DNA from: a virus
Length of the DNA: 64,000 nucleotides
IMG/VR virus record: IMGVR_UViG_3300012642_000011
Location: 256,001-320,000 of that record
Reading direction: 5' to 3' (one strand)
In this document: one piece after another, positions 1-9,502 of the stretch
Layout of the letters: the number at the start of each line of letters is the position of its first letter
Position numbering within the stretch: position 1 is the first letter of the stretch
Notes under the pieces: model-generated
The model's input: only the letters and a program-made list of their open reading frames with translations
Database searches by the model: none
Told to the model about the DNA's origin: nothing
Program-made: the position numbers and the translations under genes

Positions 1-156
1 TGGGTTTGTTTCCCTCTGCCGTGCTGATGGAATAAATCTAACACACCAGACGCTCCACGGTCAACCCGAAACGGCAGATTCGAGGAACTTTTTCTTGATG
101 TGCAGGGACGCTCCACTATGGCGACAAGTGAGAGTAAGAATCAGTTGCACATTCAA

Positions 157-165
157 GGGGACACA
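157..165 (+). repeat. GGGGACACA intergenic motif (one of about 75, all on the + strand)
   Basis: Exact 9-mer followed by an A/T-rich tail. Confidence 0.8.
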
Positions 166-202
166 GGATTCGTATTTTATAGTGACGCTGGATACACAAA
201 GC

Positions 203-236
203 CGCCCCAGCGATCATCGTGACCACTGGGGCGGCG
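203..236 (-). terminator. GC-rich hairpin (GCCGCCCCAG...CTGGGGCGGC) at the stop of 246..413
   Basis: 10-bp perfect stem. Confidence 0.5.
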
Positions 237-245
237 AGGTGGATC

Positions 246-413
246 ACCAACCGGCGTTGATCGCCTGTCGCTTGTTGGCGGAGCGGGTGCCCTTGCGCGA
301 CTTCACCGTGTGGCGCTGGGCGGCGGAGGAACGTCGCAGTTCCATCATCGCGTCGTAGCAGGCGCGGTTGCCGTTGTTGGCCGCGTTCTTGATCTTCTTG
401 TTCTTCGCCATGA
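246..413 (-). CDS. small basic protein, 55 aa (MAKNKKIKNAANNGNRACYDAMMELRRSS...)
   Basis: Manual translation. Below the 60-aa ORF-track cutoff. RBS CTCAAGGAGAGAAC 7 nt before ATG, conserved promoter/leader upstream (414-500), GC hairpin 203-236 at stop. Confidence 0.5.
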
Positions 414-597
414 TGTTCTCTCCTTGAGAGTTGTGGGGTTTGGCTCTTCCTCGCCCCTGTTGTCTCCTACTCTACACGATGAGACGCTCCATGTCAAATC
501 ATTCTCGGAACTTCTTTGGTTGAGGAGAAGACGTAGCGTTTATTGCGCTCTGGGGGTTCAGTGCGTGCTTCTGTCACATGCTGACGGGGCAACTTGA

Positions 598-606
598 GGG
601 GACACA
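598..606 (+). repeat. GGGGACACA intergenic motif
   Basis: GGGGACACAATGATAC. Downstream of a leftward gene. Confidence 0.8.
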
Positions 607-671
607 ATGATACTGCATTGTCAAACAACAAGCCCGACACCCTGATGAGTGCCGGGCTTGTTGTTGTGGAT

Positions 672-938
672 TCAGAGCAGGCCCATGAGCATGTAGTTCT
701 CGATGTGGCGGCGCACGTTGAGCGCGTGCTTCAGATCGTTTCGCGCGGCCTCATGGTCGAACCCCACGCTCATTGCGAGCATGCCGTAGAACGTGCGGAT
801 GACATCATTGACGTGCCCCAGCATCTCGTTCATCTGCTTGACCGTGAGATTATCGAGGATGCTGGTGGCGTCCTCATCATCGGTGAAAGAACCGAGATCG
901 TAGTAGGCGTTCAAGTTCTCGCCGGTCAGTTGCATCAT
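672..938 (-). CDS. hypothetical protein 88 aa
   Basis: ORF track. RBS GAAGGAGAGTCACC before ATGATG. Hairpin terminator 620-660 downstream. Confidence 0.6.
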   Translation of the reverse strand: MMQLTGENLNAYYDLGSFTDDEDATSILDNLTVKQMNEMLGHVNDVIRTFYGMLAMSVGFDHEAARNDLKHALNVRRHIENYMLMGLL

Positions 939-1124
939 GGTGACTCTCCTTCAGAGTGAGTGAAGACTTGGTTGTCTTCGTTGTTGATTTGATCCTAAGG
1001 CATGCAGCATCAGCGCGTCAAGCCCAGTGGAAGATTTTTTCGCATGATGTTACAAGCGGCAGGAGAGGGACACAAGTCTGCTGTATGCCGCATTCTCCCT
1101 GAAGTCAGAGATCTGCGGTACCTA

Positions 1125-1457
1125 TCACTTGATGGTCACGATGAAATCGCTTCCGTACTCATCCTTGCCCTCAAGCGTCTTAGCGTCGATCAGGCCGTTG
1201 AACTCCTTGATGCGATCAACGATGCCTGCCGTGCCCTTGCTTTCAGGCGTCCATCCCAGATGCAGACGGAGAGCGGGCGCATAGTCCTCGTAGTCAACGA
1301 AGACCGTGATCCCCTCGTGCTCCTTCTCGAACTGACGAGCAATCTGCTCAATGTTGGAATGCTTCGCCTTACCAGCACCGATGCTGTAGCCATAGGCGTC
1401 CAGTCGGGCACCACTCAGCGTAGGGGTGTTCTGGGTGAAGTGGTAGTGGTAGGACAT
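1125..1457 (-). CDS. hypothetical protein 110 aa
   Basis: ORF track. Conserved leader CTCAAGGAGAGAAAC-ATG and conserved promoter (1512-1541). Confidence 0.7.
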   Translation of the reverse strand: MSYHYHFTQNTPTLSGARLDAYGYSIGAGKAKHSNIEQIARQFEKEHEGITVFVDYEDYAPALRLHLGWTPESKGTAGIVDRIKEFNGLIDAKTLEGKDEYGSDFIVTIK

Positions 1458-1511
1458 GTTTCTCTCCTTGAGAGTTGTGGTCTTGGGCTGTTCCCTCGAC
1501 CTGATGAATTA

Positions 1512-1541
1512 ATAGTACCACAGGGGACGCTCCATACGCAA
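1512..1541 (-). promoter_or_regulatory. conserved early-type promoter (TTGCGT - aTGGAGCGTCCCCtgtgg - TACTAT) followed by the conserved leader
   Basis: -10 reverse complement at 1512-1517, -35 at 1536-1541. Invariant spacer TGGAGCGTCCCC. Same architecture seen at about 40 sites. Confidence 0.7.
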
Positions 1542-1704
1542 CACGATTGAGGGAACTTGCAGAATTGTTCAAAAGGGACACAGAAGTAGCGCTGGGTGGG
1601 ATTGGAAGCATGCAGCCCCGTTATCCTCTGGGTAGGGAGGATAGCGGAGCATGTGTAAGAGGGGAGTAGTGGTCAATACGCTTGACCACTACTTCCCCCT
1701 CCAT

Positions 1705-2019
1705 TCACTTGCGTCGCGCAATGCCAACGAGGAACTCGCTGAACTTTGTGCTCGTGAACACGGAATCATAGGGCACGTACAGCGTCCGATGAACGTCGTC
1801 GTACACACGGAAACGTACCTCAATGTCGTAGTTACGGTACGATACATCAACGGATGCGATGTAGCCCACGTGCCACGCCAGATCACCCATAACCACAGCG
1901 CGCAGATGCTCAACGTCCATTCGGTGCAGCGGGACGTACTCGCCCACAAGACACTCCGTGCAACCGCAGTCGTAGGGGTTGATAGCGTAAACTTTCCTGC
2001 CGTCAATGACCTTCGCCAT
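1705..2019 (-). CDS. hypothetical protein 104 aa (start trimmed to MAKVIDGRK...)
   Basis: ORF 1705..2103 trimmed to the ATG after the conserved leader CACAAGGAGCACATC. Hairpin 1662-1701 at the stop. Confidence 0.7.
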   Translation of the reverse strand: MAKVIDGRKVYAINPYDCGCTECLVGEYVPLHRMDVEHLRAVVMGDLAWHVGYIASVDVSYRNYDIEVRFRVYDDVHRTLYVPYDSVFTSTKFSEFLVGIARRK

Positions 2020-2153
2020 GATGTGCTCCTTGTGGAGTCGTGGTCTTGGGCTGTTCCCTCGACCTGATGACTCTACTCTACCACAAGGGACGCTCCATGT
2101 CAAAATGATTCAGAGCGTGGTGCCACCGTCAGGATGTGGCGCAGAAAGCATAA

Positions 2154-2162
2154 GGGGACACA
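2154..2162 (+). repeat. GGGGACACA intergenic motif
   Basis: GGGGACACAAGTCATC. Confidence 0.8.
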
Positions 2163-2297
2163 AGTCATCACCCTGATCACCAAGGTGCTGCTGTACCCAT
2201 TGGCACCTACAAGATGCTTCATGCTCACTGCCAAGATTGAGACACATTGGTGACACTGCCGCCCACTTGTGTGTCCAGACAGGCGGCAGTGTCATCA

Positions 2298-2756
2298 TCA
2301 GACCTTCACATCATACTGGGAGGTATGAGCAGAGACAGGAACGGGTTCGTAGCGCTTAGTCTTTGCGTTGCAAGACACTGTGGAGATGCTGACGTGCTGG
2401 AATGGCGTGGACGCTCCATCCCAGATAGCGTTGCCGTAAGCCGTCACCGCGCGAAGATGGTCCAGCATCTCCGACTCGTCTTCAGGGGCGGCGATCACCA
2501 TGCGATCCACCTGATTCATCCACTTCACCCAACGGTAGGTGTCCTCTTCAGCGCACCACGTGATCGTGTAATACGTGTCGTCATCAAAGAAGACGGACGC
2601 ATTGGCGTGGTGGTGGCCCTCGTGCTCGGGAGAACAAAGTGGGTTGTCAGCGTAATGGGCAGCAAGCATGGGGTTGTGGGTGAAGCGGAAGTGCCGCTCC
2701 TCATAGTGGGCATTCGTCTTCGTAGCGATAGTGCGCTTGATCTGGTTCAGGTTCAT
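2298..2756 (-). CDS. hypothetical His-rich protein 152 aa
   Basis: ORF 2298..2912 trimmed to ATG at 2756 with RBS GAGGGAG. Hairpin 2259-2296 at the stop. Sigma70-like promoter about 2795-2825. Confidence 0.65.
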   Translation of the reverse strand: MNLNQIKRTIATKTNAHYEERHFRFTHNPMLAAHYADNPLCSPEHEGHHHANASVFFDDDTYYTITWCAEEDTYRWVKWMNQVDRMVIAAPEDESEMLDHLRAVTAYGNAIWDGASTPFQHVSISTVSCNAKTKRYEPVPVSAHTSQYDVKV

Positions 2757-2978
2757 GGTGGTGACTCCCTCGTTATTATCTGTGCCTCCATCATAAGCAT
2801 GATGAAACCGTTGCGTCAAGGAAAAACTAAGGAAGTTAAAAGTCCTTAGTGCCACAGTCTCATGCTTGCGAGAGGTCAAATAAGAACGTTGCCGGTGGCT
2901 CTGGGGACACAATTACACTCCCGTAGATCATCGATGTGGATTATTGATTTCCCTCCTAGTCTGTGATACGATGTCACC

Positions 2979-3497
2979 ATGAGCACGAAGAAATCAAAGC
3001 GACTGGCGTACATTCTGCGTCACGATCCGGCATCTGCGAACACCACTGCCAGTGAGCAGGGTTGGGTCAGTGTGTCGGATATCATGCGTGCTCTCAACGT
3101 CACCATGTCTCAGTTGCAGGTCATCGTGAGCGAGGACAACAAGGGTCGCTACGAGTTCTCTGCAGACAATGAGATGATCAGAGCAACTCAGGGCCACTCC
3201 TACCCTGTCAACTTGGGATGGGAGAGCGTGCTTCCTCCTGCTATCCTCTACCACGGCACGGCTACGCGATTCGTTGAGTCCATCATGCGTGAGGGTCTGG
3301 TCAAGGGGTCGCGTCAGTGGGTCCACCTGTCTGCTGACACTGCTACAGCCTCGATGGTTGGTTCTCGTCATGGCGAGTTGGTCATCCTTGAGGTGGCAGC
3401 ATCTCGCATGGCAGCGGATGGTCGCTCCTTCTACCGCTCTTCCAACGGCGTGTGGATGGCTGAACATGTCCCTGTGGAGTACATCACCACCCTCTGA
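2979..3497 (+). CDS. kptA: RNA 2'-phosphotransferase, Tpt1/KptA family
   Basis: Motifs LAYILRHDP, RATQGHS, LYHGTA, VHLSAD...RHG..VIL, NGVWM match the KptA/Tpt1 signature along the whole length. Promoter TTGATT-17-TACGAT upstream. Confidence 0.9.
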   Translation: MSTKKSKRLAYILRHDPASANTTASEQGWVSVSDIMRALNVTMSQLQVIVSEDNKGRYEFSADNEMIRATQGHSYPVNLGWESVLPPAILYHGTATRFVESIMREGLVKGSRQWVHLSADTATASMVGSRHGELVILEVAASRMAADGRSFYRSSNGVWMAEHVPVEYITTL

Positions 3498-3580
3498 TAG
3501 CAGAGAATCTTGTGGCACACAGTTGTCACAGGATTCTCTCATGACGGACAGGGGACACAAAAACAGAACAACACCAACCA

Positions 3581-3632
3581 AACACTACGGCCCGCCGTTC
3601 CCTCGTGTGAGGTACTGGGCGGGCCGTAGTGT
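3581..3632. terminator. bidirectional hairpin terminator with conserved loop (GGCCCGCC-GTTCCCTCGTGTGAGGTACT-GGCGGGCC)
   Basis: Between convergent genes 2979..3497 (+) and 3638..3940 (-). Inner CCTC-GTGT-GAGG palindrome. Confidence 0.7.
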
Positions 3633-3637
3633 GGAGG

Positions 3638-3940
3638 TCACAGACCAGAGAGTTCAGACTTGACAGAACACATCCACGACGGGGTGATCTCGTTGATGCT
3701 CTCAACCATGAACTCCTTCTCGTTGAAGGCGTTGATGAAGTTGATCACGTTGTTGAACTTGAAGTAGGTGATGTAGTCATCACCAGAGAGTTCGCCGTTC
3801 TCGATCTTCACGGTCAGACCATTCACCTCGAAGGTGAAGTAGAAGACAGTCATCTCACCAGTGTGCATGCAGAAGTCACAGGTGCCCCAAGTGATGTCCT
3901 CCTGGCTGCTGTCAACGTTCACGATCTTCACGGGGTACAT
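3638..3940 (-). CDS. hypothetical protein 100 aa
   Basis: ORF track. Conserved promoter/leader 3941-4020. Confidence 0.7.
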   Translation of the reverse strand: MYPVKIVNVDSSQEDITWGTCDFCMHTGEMTVFYFTFEVNGLTVKIENGELSGDDYITYFKFNNVINFINAFNEKEFMVESINEITPSWMCSVKSELSGL

Positions 3941-4060
3941 GGTATCTCCTTGTGGAGTAATGGTCTCGGGCTGTTCCCTCGACCTGATGAATCAATAGTA
4001 GCACAGGGGACGCTCCATACGCAACTCCACAACGCGAATAATTTGAGTAGAGTCGTAGCC

Positions 4061-4522
4061 TCACCCCATACGGTAGGAGAAAAGCGTCTCGAAACCCTGT
4101 ACGCCCTCATCATCCACTGTCCCACGGCTTACATGAATCCAGTTAAAAGGCTCATTCTCGCCCTCCATGCTTGCCCCTGTCACATGCGGCAGATAGCCGT
4201 CGCCGTGGTGCTCGGGAACAGCAAGGGACGCTCCACTATCGATAGCGGCGCGCAAAAGATGATCGTGCATAGTGCCGATCTGGTTGCTCTTCAAAACTTC
4301 AATGACGTGAATTGCTTCCCCATCGTCCCCCTGAAACACCTGCTCACCTTGATTAGAAGTGATCACAGGGCCAAAATAGAAACAAGCATTCTTTACTCTG
4401 TCAATGAACTTGTTGACCTGATCCTCTGTGTCAACACGGAAGGCAGGCATCAGTGTCAGATGGAAAACAGATCCTTCACCGTGATCAACAATCACATAGA
4501 TCTTCATGTCCTTATTGTGCAT
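4061..4522 (-). CDS. hypothetical protein about 153 aa (start at MHNKDMKIYVIV)
   Basis: ORF 4061..4660 trimmed to an ATG with RBS AAGGAA. Start uncertain, alternative at 4504. Confidence 0.5.
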   Translation of the reverse strand: MHNKDMKIYVIVDHGEGSVFHLTLMPAFRVDTEDQVNKFIDRVKNACFYFGPVITSNQGEQVFQGDDGEAIHVIEVLKSNQIGTMHDHLLRAAIDSGASLAVPEHHGDGYLPHVTGASMEGENEPFNWIHVSRGTVDDEGVQGFETLFSYRMG

Positions 4523-4656
4523 CTTGGATTCCTTGTCTGAATATGAGTTTGTCAACAATCTATCATGGATGAACGTATAAGACAACCTTGTTTTCAGGCG
4601 AGGTCTCCTTAGGGACACAGGATACTCGTAGATGATCCTTTCCGAAGTCTTGGGGA

Positions 4657-4866
4657 TCACTCATTCCATGAAGCGAAATCTCCCCATGTGGACGTACCGG
4701 AATGATCGGTAACGGAATGATCTGCAGAACCGTTATGATCTGTGGTGTCCTTCTGATCGCCTTCGCGGATGAGTCGATGCGCTTCCTCGAAGACGCGACG
4801 ATGGTACTCCGCTTCGGTCTCACCTTCCTCGTAGGTAACGGCAGCGTGCTTCATTGCGTGCTTCAT
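4657..4866 (-). CDS. hypothetical protein 69 aa
   Basis: RBS AAAGGAGAGCATC before ATG. Confidence 0.6.
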   Translation of the reverse strand: MKHAMKHAAVTYEEGETEAEYHRRVFEEAHRLIREGDQKDTTDHNGSADHSVTDHSGTSTWGDFASWNE

Positions 4867-5164
4867 GATGCTCTCCTTTTCGTGTTGTCCTTGCCACTAT
4901 GGTAACAGGTTTAAAGGTATTACGGTAGGGGGTACATTCTTTGATTACTGGTAGGTTGCATGAGGGTGAGTCGCCTCTGGATTGTCTGACCTCGACAGAG
5001 GCTCTGTGTGCCCTTCTGACGCCTTCTAACACCCCCATCCCACTGTGAGGCATCAACGGTTGGAACGTTCTTCTACGAGCCGCACAGCCTCGTAGAGCAT
5101 ATATTCTCACTCGTGCGTGCTCACATGAGTGGCTTTGGGTGTCTGATGTTCTCGTGGACCCTTG

Positions 5165-5173
5165 GGGACACAA
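5165..5173 (+). repeat. GGGGACACA intergenic motif
   Basis: GGGGACACAAAATGGTG. Confidence 0.8.
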
Positions 5174-5187
5174 AATGGTGTGAGACG

Positions 5188-5228
5188 AAAAAGGCCCTGC
5201 CGTCCTCCCGTGTGGGATTCTGGCAGGG
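5188..5228 (-). terminator. hairpin terminator of the conserved-loop family (loop CGTCCTCCCGTGTGGGATTCTGG) followed by a U-run on the - strand
   Basis: Same internal sequence at 5655-5698, 16572-16618, 26683-26728. Confidence 0.7.
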
Positions 5229-5235
5229 CCTCGTA

Positions 5236-5475
5236 TCAGGCGAGGTTATCCGGCAGGTCTCCGGTCTCTCGCAGGGAACGCTTCACCGCCGACTTGGCGT
5301 TACGGATGCCAGAGGCGGACTTGGAAGTGGAGGGGCCGACGAACATGCGACCGTTGATGAGGCGGTAGCGGATGTGACCGGAACCCGTCTTGCCCTCCAC
5401 TTCGCCTAGGTTGTTCTTCACGATCCAATCGTGAAGTTCCTTGGCGATCCCCGTTGCTCCGATTCGCTTCCCCAT
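5236..5475 (-). CDS. hypothetical protein 79 aa
   Basis: ORF trimmed to the ATG after the conserved leader CTCAAGGAGAGATC. Conserved-loop terminator hairpin 5188-5228 downstream. Weak, unverified resemblance to HicA/YcfA-like small proteins. Confidence 0.6.
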   Translation of the reverse strand: MGKRIGATGIAKELHDWIVKNNLGEVEGKTGSGHIRYRLINGRMFVGPSTSKSASGIRNAKSAVKRSLRETGDLPDNLA

Positions 5476-5703
5476 GATCTCTCCTTGAGAGTTGCGGTCT
5501 CGGGCTGTTCCCTCGACCTGATGAATCAATAGTACCACAGGGGACGCTCCATCGTCTACTCCGCAGAGAATTTATTTTCAGCACTCTTGGAGGCAGATGG
5601 ACAAGGGGACACAATAATCGTATCCCTCTTGACTAAGAGGACAGGATACAGTTCGGCCCACCATCCTCCCGTGTGTGGGATTCTGGTGGGCCGAACTGTC
5701 TCA

Positions 5704-5913
5704 TCACGCCTTGACGGACTCCCACGTGTTCTCGGAAGTCTTCACCATGGTCATGTCCGTCACGTCCACACCGATGTGCTTGAGGCGATGCACAGCGGCC
5801 TTCTTGGCGATCTCGCGCGGGACGTAGGGGTAGATTGTGGACTCCACGAACTGAGTGCCGTTGTAGACGGTCACGATGTAGTCAACGCCGTTCTTGGTCA
5901 GGACTGCCTTCAT
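5704..5913 (-). CDS. hypothetical protein 69 aa
   Basis: Conserved leader and promoter (5975-6004). Terminator hairpin 5655-5698. Confidence 0.7.
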   Translation of the reverse strand: MKAVLTKNGVDYIVTVYNGTQFVESTIYPYVPREIAKKAAVHRLKHIGVDVTDMTMVKTSENTWESVKA

Positions 5914-5974
5914 GATGCTCTCTCCTTGAGAGTAGTAGGGATTACTCTGTGTGCTCTCCCTTGCTGATGAATTA

Positions 5975-6004
5975 ATAGTAGCACAGGGGGACGCTCCATG
6001 TCAA
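5975..6004 (-). promoter_or_regulatory. conserved promoter TTGACA-TGGAGCGTCCCCCTGTGC-TACTAT, leader variant 2
   Basis: Perfect -35 and a near-consensus -10 with an 18-nt conserved spacer. Drives 5704..5913. Confidence 0.7.
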
Positions 6005-6183
6005 TCCGAAGAAGCGTCGATCTTCTGCTTTTCGTTTGAGCGATTGCGGATCATCAAGGTGAAAGCATGGAAGAAGCACGCGGTGGCTACAGTGATCCCT
6101 GCCATCAGCGTTCTAATGGGAGAGGGGTCCGTGACAGCAGTGAATACATTAAAGACCGCAAATAATATGATGATATCCTTCAT
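6001..6183 (-). CDS. small hydrophobic (membrane) protein 60 aa
   Basis: RBS AAGGAAATC before ATG. Hydrophobic core. Confidence 0.5.
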   Translation of the reverse strand: MKDIIILFAVFNVFTAVTDPSPIRTLMAGITVATACFFHAFTLMIRNRSNEKQKIDASSD

Positions 6184-6377
6184 GATTTCCTTAGATTAGA
6201 TGACAATGTACTGTGAGAGATGGTAGCACGTGTGGGCATCGAGATCAACTTGTGACACAAGATGACATGGATAAAAATGATCCTCCCAAAGATTTGCAAT
6301 CAACGAGATGATGCTGTAGCGTGGACATCAGTTGGTGAGGGAGCCGCCCGAACCGCTTACTCCGAAAGGGAGTCGCC

Positions 6378-6707
6378 ATGTCGCTTCTTATCGAGAACAT
6401 GATCAACAGCCGCGAACTGTCGCCTGCTGCGCGGGACATGTCTGCTGCTGATGTCCTTCAGGCTTGGGTTGAGGCCAATGCAGCGGAGACTGTGAAGTTG
6501 GAGACCCTCGGAGTCGAGGAGGAGTCCCTGATTGGTGTGCTGGCTTTCGAGCGTGATGGGGACGCTCTGAGCGTCCTCCTGAACACTTTCGACAACCCTG
6601 TGGAGTCGAGCATGGAGATCTTCCTGATCGATCCCATGATGAAGGGCAAGGGTCAGTATGACTCGCAGGGTGTGTGGAAGGGTGCCAAGATGCTCGTGGC
6701 GCTGTGA
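6378..6707 (+). CDS. hypothetical protein 109 aa
   Basis: RBS AAAGGGAGTCGCC before ATG. Strong intrinsic terminator 6712-6760 (hairpin plus TTTTTG). Confidence 0.65.
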   Translation: MSLLIENMINSRELSPAARDMSAADVLQAWVEANAAETVKLETLGVEEESLIGVLAFERDGDALSVLLNTFDNPVESSMEIFLIDPMMKGKGQYDSQGVWKGAKMLVAL

Positions 6708-6878
6708 TCATAGGGTGAGGGTGATGGGAGGAATCCTGTCACCCTCACTTTTTGAGTGAGTATGGGGACACAATATACATGACATGGTTGTGATGTATGT
6801 CTGATGTGTTGTCGTATGTGTAACACTCAACCCCCTGCCGTTCTGTACTGATGCTGGCAGGGGGTTGAGTGGATCATC

Positions 6879-7136
6879 TCACTCCCAGTAGATGCTGTTC
6901 ATGTAGTCAATGGCTTCATCTGCCGTGCTGAAGGTCTTTTCGAACTCGTAGTTCTCATCATTCCACACGCTCACATCACCATTGGGATGGACGACGTAGA
7001 AGTGAAGCACATGCGCGTAGATGGTCACTTCCCCACTGTCCTCGTAGAGCACGGCAGGTTCCCCATCGGGGCCGGTCTCCTTGCTGATGAGGTAGTCAAC
7101 AACGCTCTGTGCGGTGGTGGTCTTGACGTTTGACAC
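6879..7136 (-). CDS. hypothetical protein 85 aa (GTG start)
   Basis: RBS AGGAGAGTATC before GTG. Hairpin 6828-6868 downstream. Confidence 0.6.
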   Translation of the reverse strand: MSNVKTTTAQSVVDYLISKETGPDGEPAVLYEDSGEVTIYAHVLHFYVVHPNGDVSVWNDENYEFEKTFSTADEAIDYMNSIYWE

Positions 7137-7255
7137 GATACTCTCCTAAGGTTGAGTGTTTAGGATTGATTACTGGACTTCATAGTGAAACCATAGCAGA
7201 GGGACGTGACAGGTGCAACACGTAATCCCGATTTCGGTGTTGCGCCTGTTGAGAT

Positions 7256-7522
7256 TCAGCGTCCGTTGAGCATGGCGTTTCGATCTTGCACAATGTCTTT
7301 GATGACACGATGAGTGAGTTCGTAACCAGTTGCCTCGAAAACGTCATCTGCCATGGCATGCATGACGTTGTGGCGGGCGTTCTGGCGTTGCATGCTGGCT
7401 GTCACGATGTTGCCCGTAGCGTTGCCTCGACGTGATTTCTGCAATGCTCGCTTGATCTTTGCGCGTTCCATCTTGTACGCATTGAATACGCGCGCATCCA
7501 CGTTGTCGCTGATGATTGTCAT
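7256..7522 (-). CDS. hypothetical basic protein 88 aa
   Basis: RBS CAGGAGACC before ATG. Confidence 0.65.
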   Translation of the reverse strand: MTIISDNVDARVFNAYKMERAKIKRALQKSRRGNATGNIVTASMQRQNARHNVMHAMADDVFEATGYELTHRVIKDIVQDRNAMLNGR

Positions 7523-7555
7523 TTCATGGTCTCCTGAATCCGTTATGGGGACGTG

Positions 7556-7711
7556 TCACTCTGCGATCAGAGCGTACATGAGAGCGTACATCATGACAGC
7601 ACAGAAGAAACTCAGGACAGCGCCCGTCACAACGTCGAAGCCGTTCTGAGTGGTCACGCACATTGCCATGAAGGCAACCATGGCGCTGAAGACAAGGTTG
7701 AAGACTCGCAT
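7556..7711 (-). CDS. small hydrophobic membrane protein 51 aa
   Basis: ORF 7556..7795 trimmed to the ATG after the conserved leader. Very hydrophobic sequence. Confidence 0.5.
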   Translation of the reverse strand: MRVFNLVFSAMVAFMAMCVTTQNGFDVVTGAVLSFFCAVMMYALMYALIAE

Positions 7712-8061
7712 GATGCTCTCCTTGTGGAGTAGTGGTCTTGGGCTGTTCCCTCGACCTGATGGGATCATCCTATCACAGTGGATTGTCCAGTTCAAGTCAG
7801 GGGTCAGGGGTGGTTAGGGGACACAGGAATCATGTGATGCCCATGCAGCAAGATGCAGTGCTACCTCATGCTGATTGGCTCGTGTTCCATGTGAGCGCAT
7901 AGGTGGATGGTGCTACCGTAGAGTTTCCCTGTGTGGCATGGAGAGGAGGTCAAAAGGGTAGTACCATGACTTGCTTGCCGGTGATTGAAAAAGTCTGATG
8001 TATAGTCATTATTTTTACGATATTTATAGGGACACGTATTGTCTTCAGCGCCAATAAAAGA

Positions 8062-8120
8062 AACCTGATTGATTTGTACTTATCACTCAATCAGGTTTCT
8101 TTTGTTTTGTCTGTAGTTAA
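8062..8120 (+). terminator. strong intrinsic terminator (AAAGAAACCTGATTGA...TCAATCAGGTTTCTTT plus TTGTTTTG) with no + CDS upstream
   Basis: 16-bp stem and T-run on the + strand. Lies in the 380-bp non-coding AT-rich region 7800-8180. Confidence 0.6.
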
Positions 8121-8182
8121 AAGAACAATGTGGCCCAGCCACCTGTACTATCAGGATTCACTGGGCCGCATTGCTATGTGGT

Positions 8183-8488
8183 TCATACGTTCACGATGGT
8201 GGCGTTCTTCATGTGCTGGTCGTAGGCGTCCACGATGATAGCGGCCAGCTGACCACGCTCGCTCACGTCGTAGCCGTTCTTGATGGCCCACGCTCGGATG
8301 GTGGCCGTGGTGGTCTTGGGGCGGTAGGAGGGGTTCTCGTCACGGAACTGGGCCACGAGATCCTTGGACAGACGACCACGGACGCTGACCTCGATGCCCT
8401 TGGACTTGGCCCACTGGCGGATGTCAGCGGCAGCCGAACGGCCAGCGATGAGGGTCTTGTCCTCGTTGTACTTGCGCTTGGTGGTCAT
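8183..8488 (-). CDS. Lsr2-like DNA-binding protein, two tandem C-terminal-type domains
   Basis: Two copies of the Lsr2 C-terminal motif (IRQWAKSKGIEVSVRGRLSKDLVAQF and IRAWAIKNGYDVSERGQLAAIIVDAY) with the RGR AT-hook-like core. Conserved leader/promoter. Confidence 0.75.
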   Translation of the reverse strand: MTTKRKYNEDKTLIAGRSAAADIRQWAKSKGIEVSVRGRLSKDLVAQFRDENPSYRPKTTTATIRAWAIKNGYDVSERGQLAAIIVDAYDQHMKNATIVNV

Positions 8489-8713
8489 GGTCTCTCCTAG
8501 GAGTAGTGGTTGGTGTTGAGATTGGCCCCTGTGGCCTCGCTGTTTGCTCTCAACCTGATGAATCAATAGTAGCACGGGGGACGCTCCATGTGCAACATGT
8601 GCAGCACGAATAATCTCGGGATAGTCGCAGCCCTCTATTGGATCACGTAAACTCGTGATAGTATGCTCACACATACCTATGGGGACACATAACTTGCTGT
8701 AAATAGTCAGGTA

Positions 8714-8751
8714 GCACAGTAGTGGTTTTCCTACTGTGCTACCTGACTTTA
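8714..8751. terminator. conserved hairpin AGTCAGGTAGCACAGTAG-N8-CTACTGTGCTACCTGACT after hexapeptide gene 1
   Basis: Near-identical copies at 10978-11018, 12510-12550, 13215-13258, each just 3' of a hexapeptide-repeat paralog. Confidence 0.65.
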
Positions 8752-8762
8752 TTTATTCGGAA

Positions 8763-9488
8763 TCAGGTCGCACAATCGTTTCCGGTCAACTTTGCATAAT
8801 CACACACTTGTGCGTTGCCAGACACTTGTGCATTTCCGGCCACAAATGCACAATCGTACACTTGTGCGTTACCGGACACTTGTGCGCTGTCTGTTACTTC
8901 TGCATCGTCAGATACCTGTGTATTACCAGTCACTTGAGCGTTGTCATAAATAAATGCTTCACCGGATACTCGTGCTTTACCAGACACCCGTGCGTTACCT
9001 GCCACGCGCGAGTTGCCATAAATTCGCGTGTTACCAGACACTCGCGCATTATCGTACACCTCTGCGTTGCCATATACTCGTGCGTTGTCATGCACAAGAG
9101 CGTCATCAAACACGTAAGCGTCGCCGGACACACAAGCGCTACCGTACACCGAAGCATTGCCAAATACCCAAGCGTTCTCGAACACTCGCGCGTTGCCGTA
9201 AACCCGCGAGTCCTCAGTGACGTATATGTTACCAAGCAACTCTGCGTTATCATACGCCTGAGCGTTCTCGTACACCCGAGCGTTATCAGTCACGTGCGCA
9301 TTGCCGTACACCTTCGCCTCATCATTGACCCATGCATTATCTGAGAGATTGTCCATGCTCTCCACATAACCGCCCAGATCCCCAGATTTCACCTCATGAT
9401 CGGGCAGGTCGCGTGTGGCTCGAATACGGTGGAGCGTTCGACCGTTGTAGTGAATCGTTTCATCTGTCAGTTCGTAATTCTTATTCAT
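8763..9488 (-). CDS. hexapeptide-repeat (beta-helix-like) protein with conserved N-terminal domain, paralog 1 of 6
   Basis: N-terminus MNKNYELTDETIHYNGRTLHRIRATRDLP...GDLGG, then about 30 consecutive V-x-[GDE]-[ND]-A-x hexapeptides. RBS CAAGGAGAAATC. Confidence 0.8.
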   Translation of the reverse strand: MNKNYELTDETIHYNGRTLHRIRATRDLPDHEVKSGDLGGYVESMDNLSDNAWVNDEAKVYGNAHVTDNARVYENAQAYDNAELLGNIYVTEDSRVYGNARVFENAWVFGNASVYGSACVSGDAYVFDDALVHDNARVYGNAEVYDNARVSGNTRIYGNSRVAGNARVSGKARVSGEAFIYDNAQVTGNTQVSDDAEVTDSAQVSGNAQVYDCAFVAGNAQVSGNAQVCDYAKLTGNDCAT

Positions 9489-9502
9489 GATTTCTCCTTG
9501 TA

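Noticed and set aside
4820-5173. ORF 4820..5173 (-) and others such as 27776..28153 (+), 2247..2849 (+), 3629..4540 (+), 36234..37532 (+)
   Set aside because: They have Arg-rich or low-complexity composition, no RBS, and overlap better-supported genes on the opposite strand or regulatory regions. I judge them spurious.
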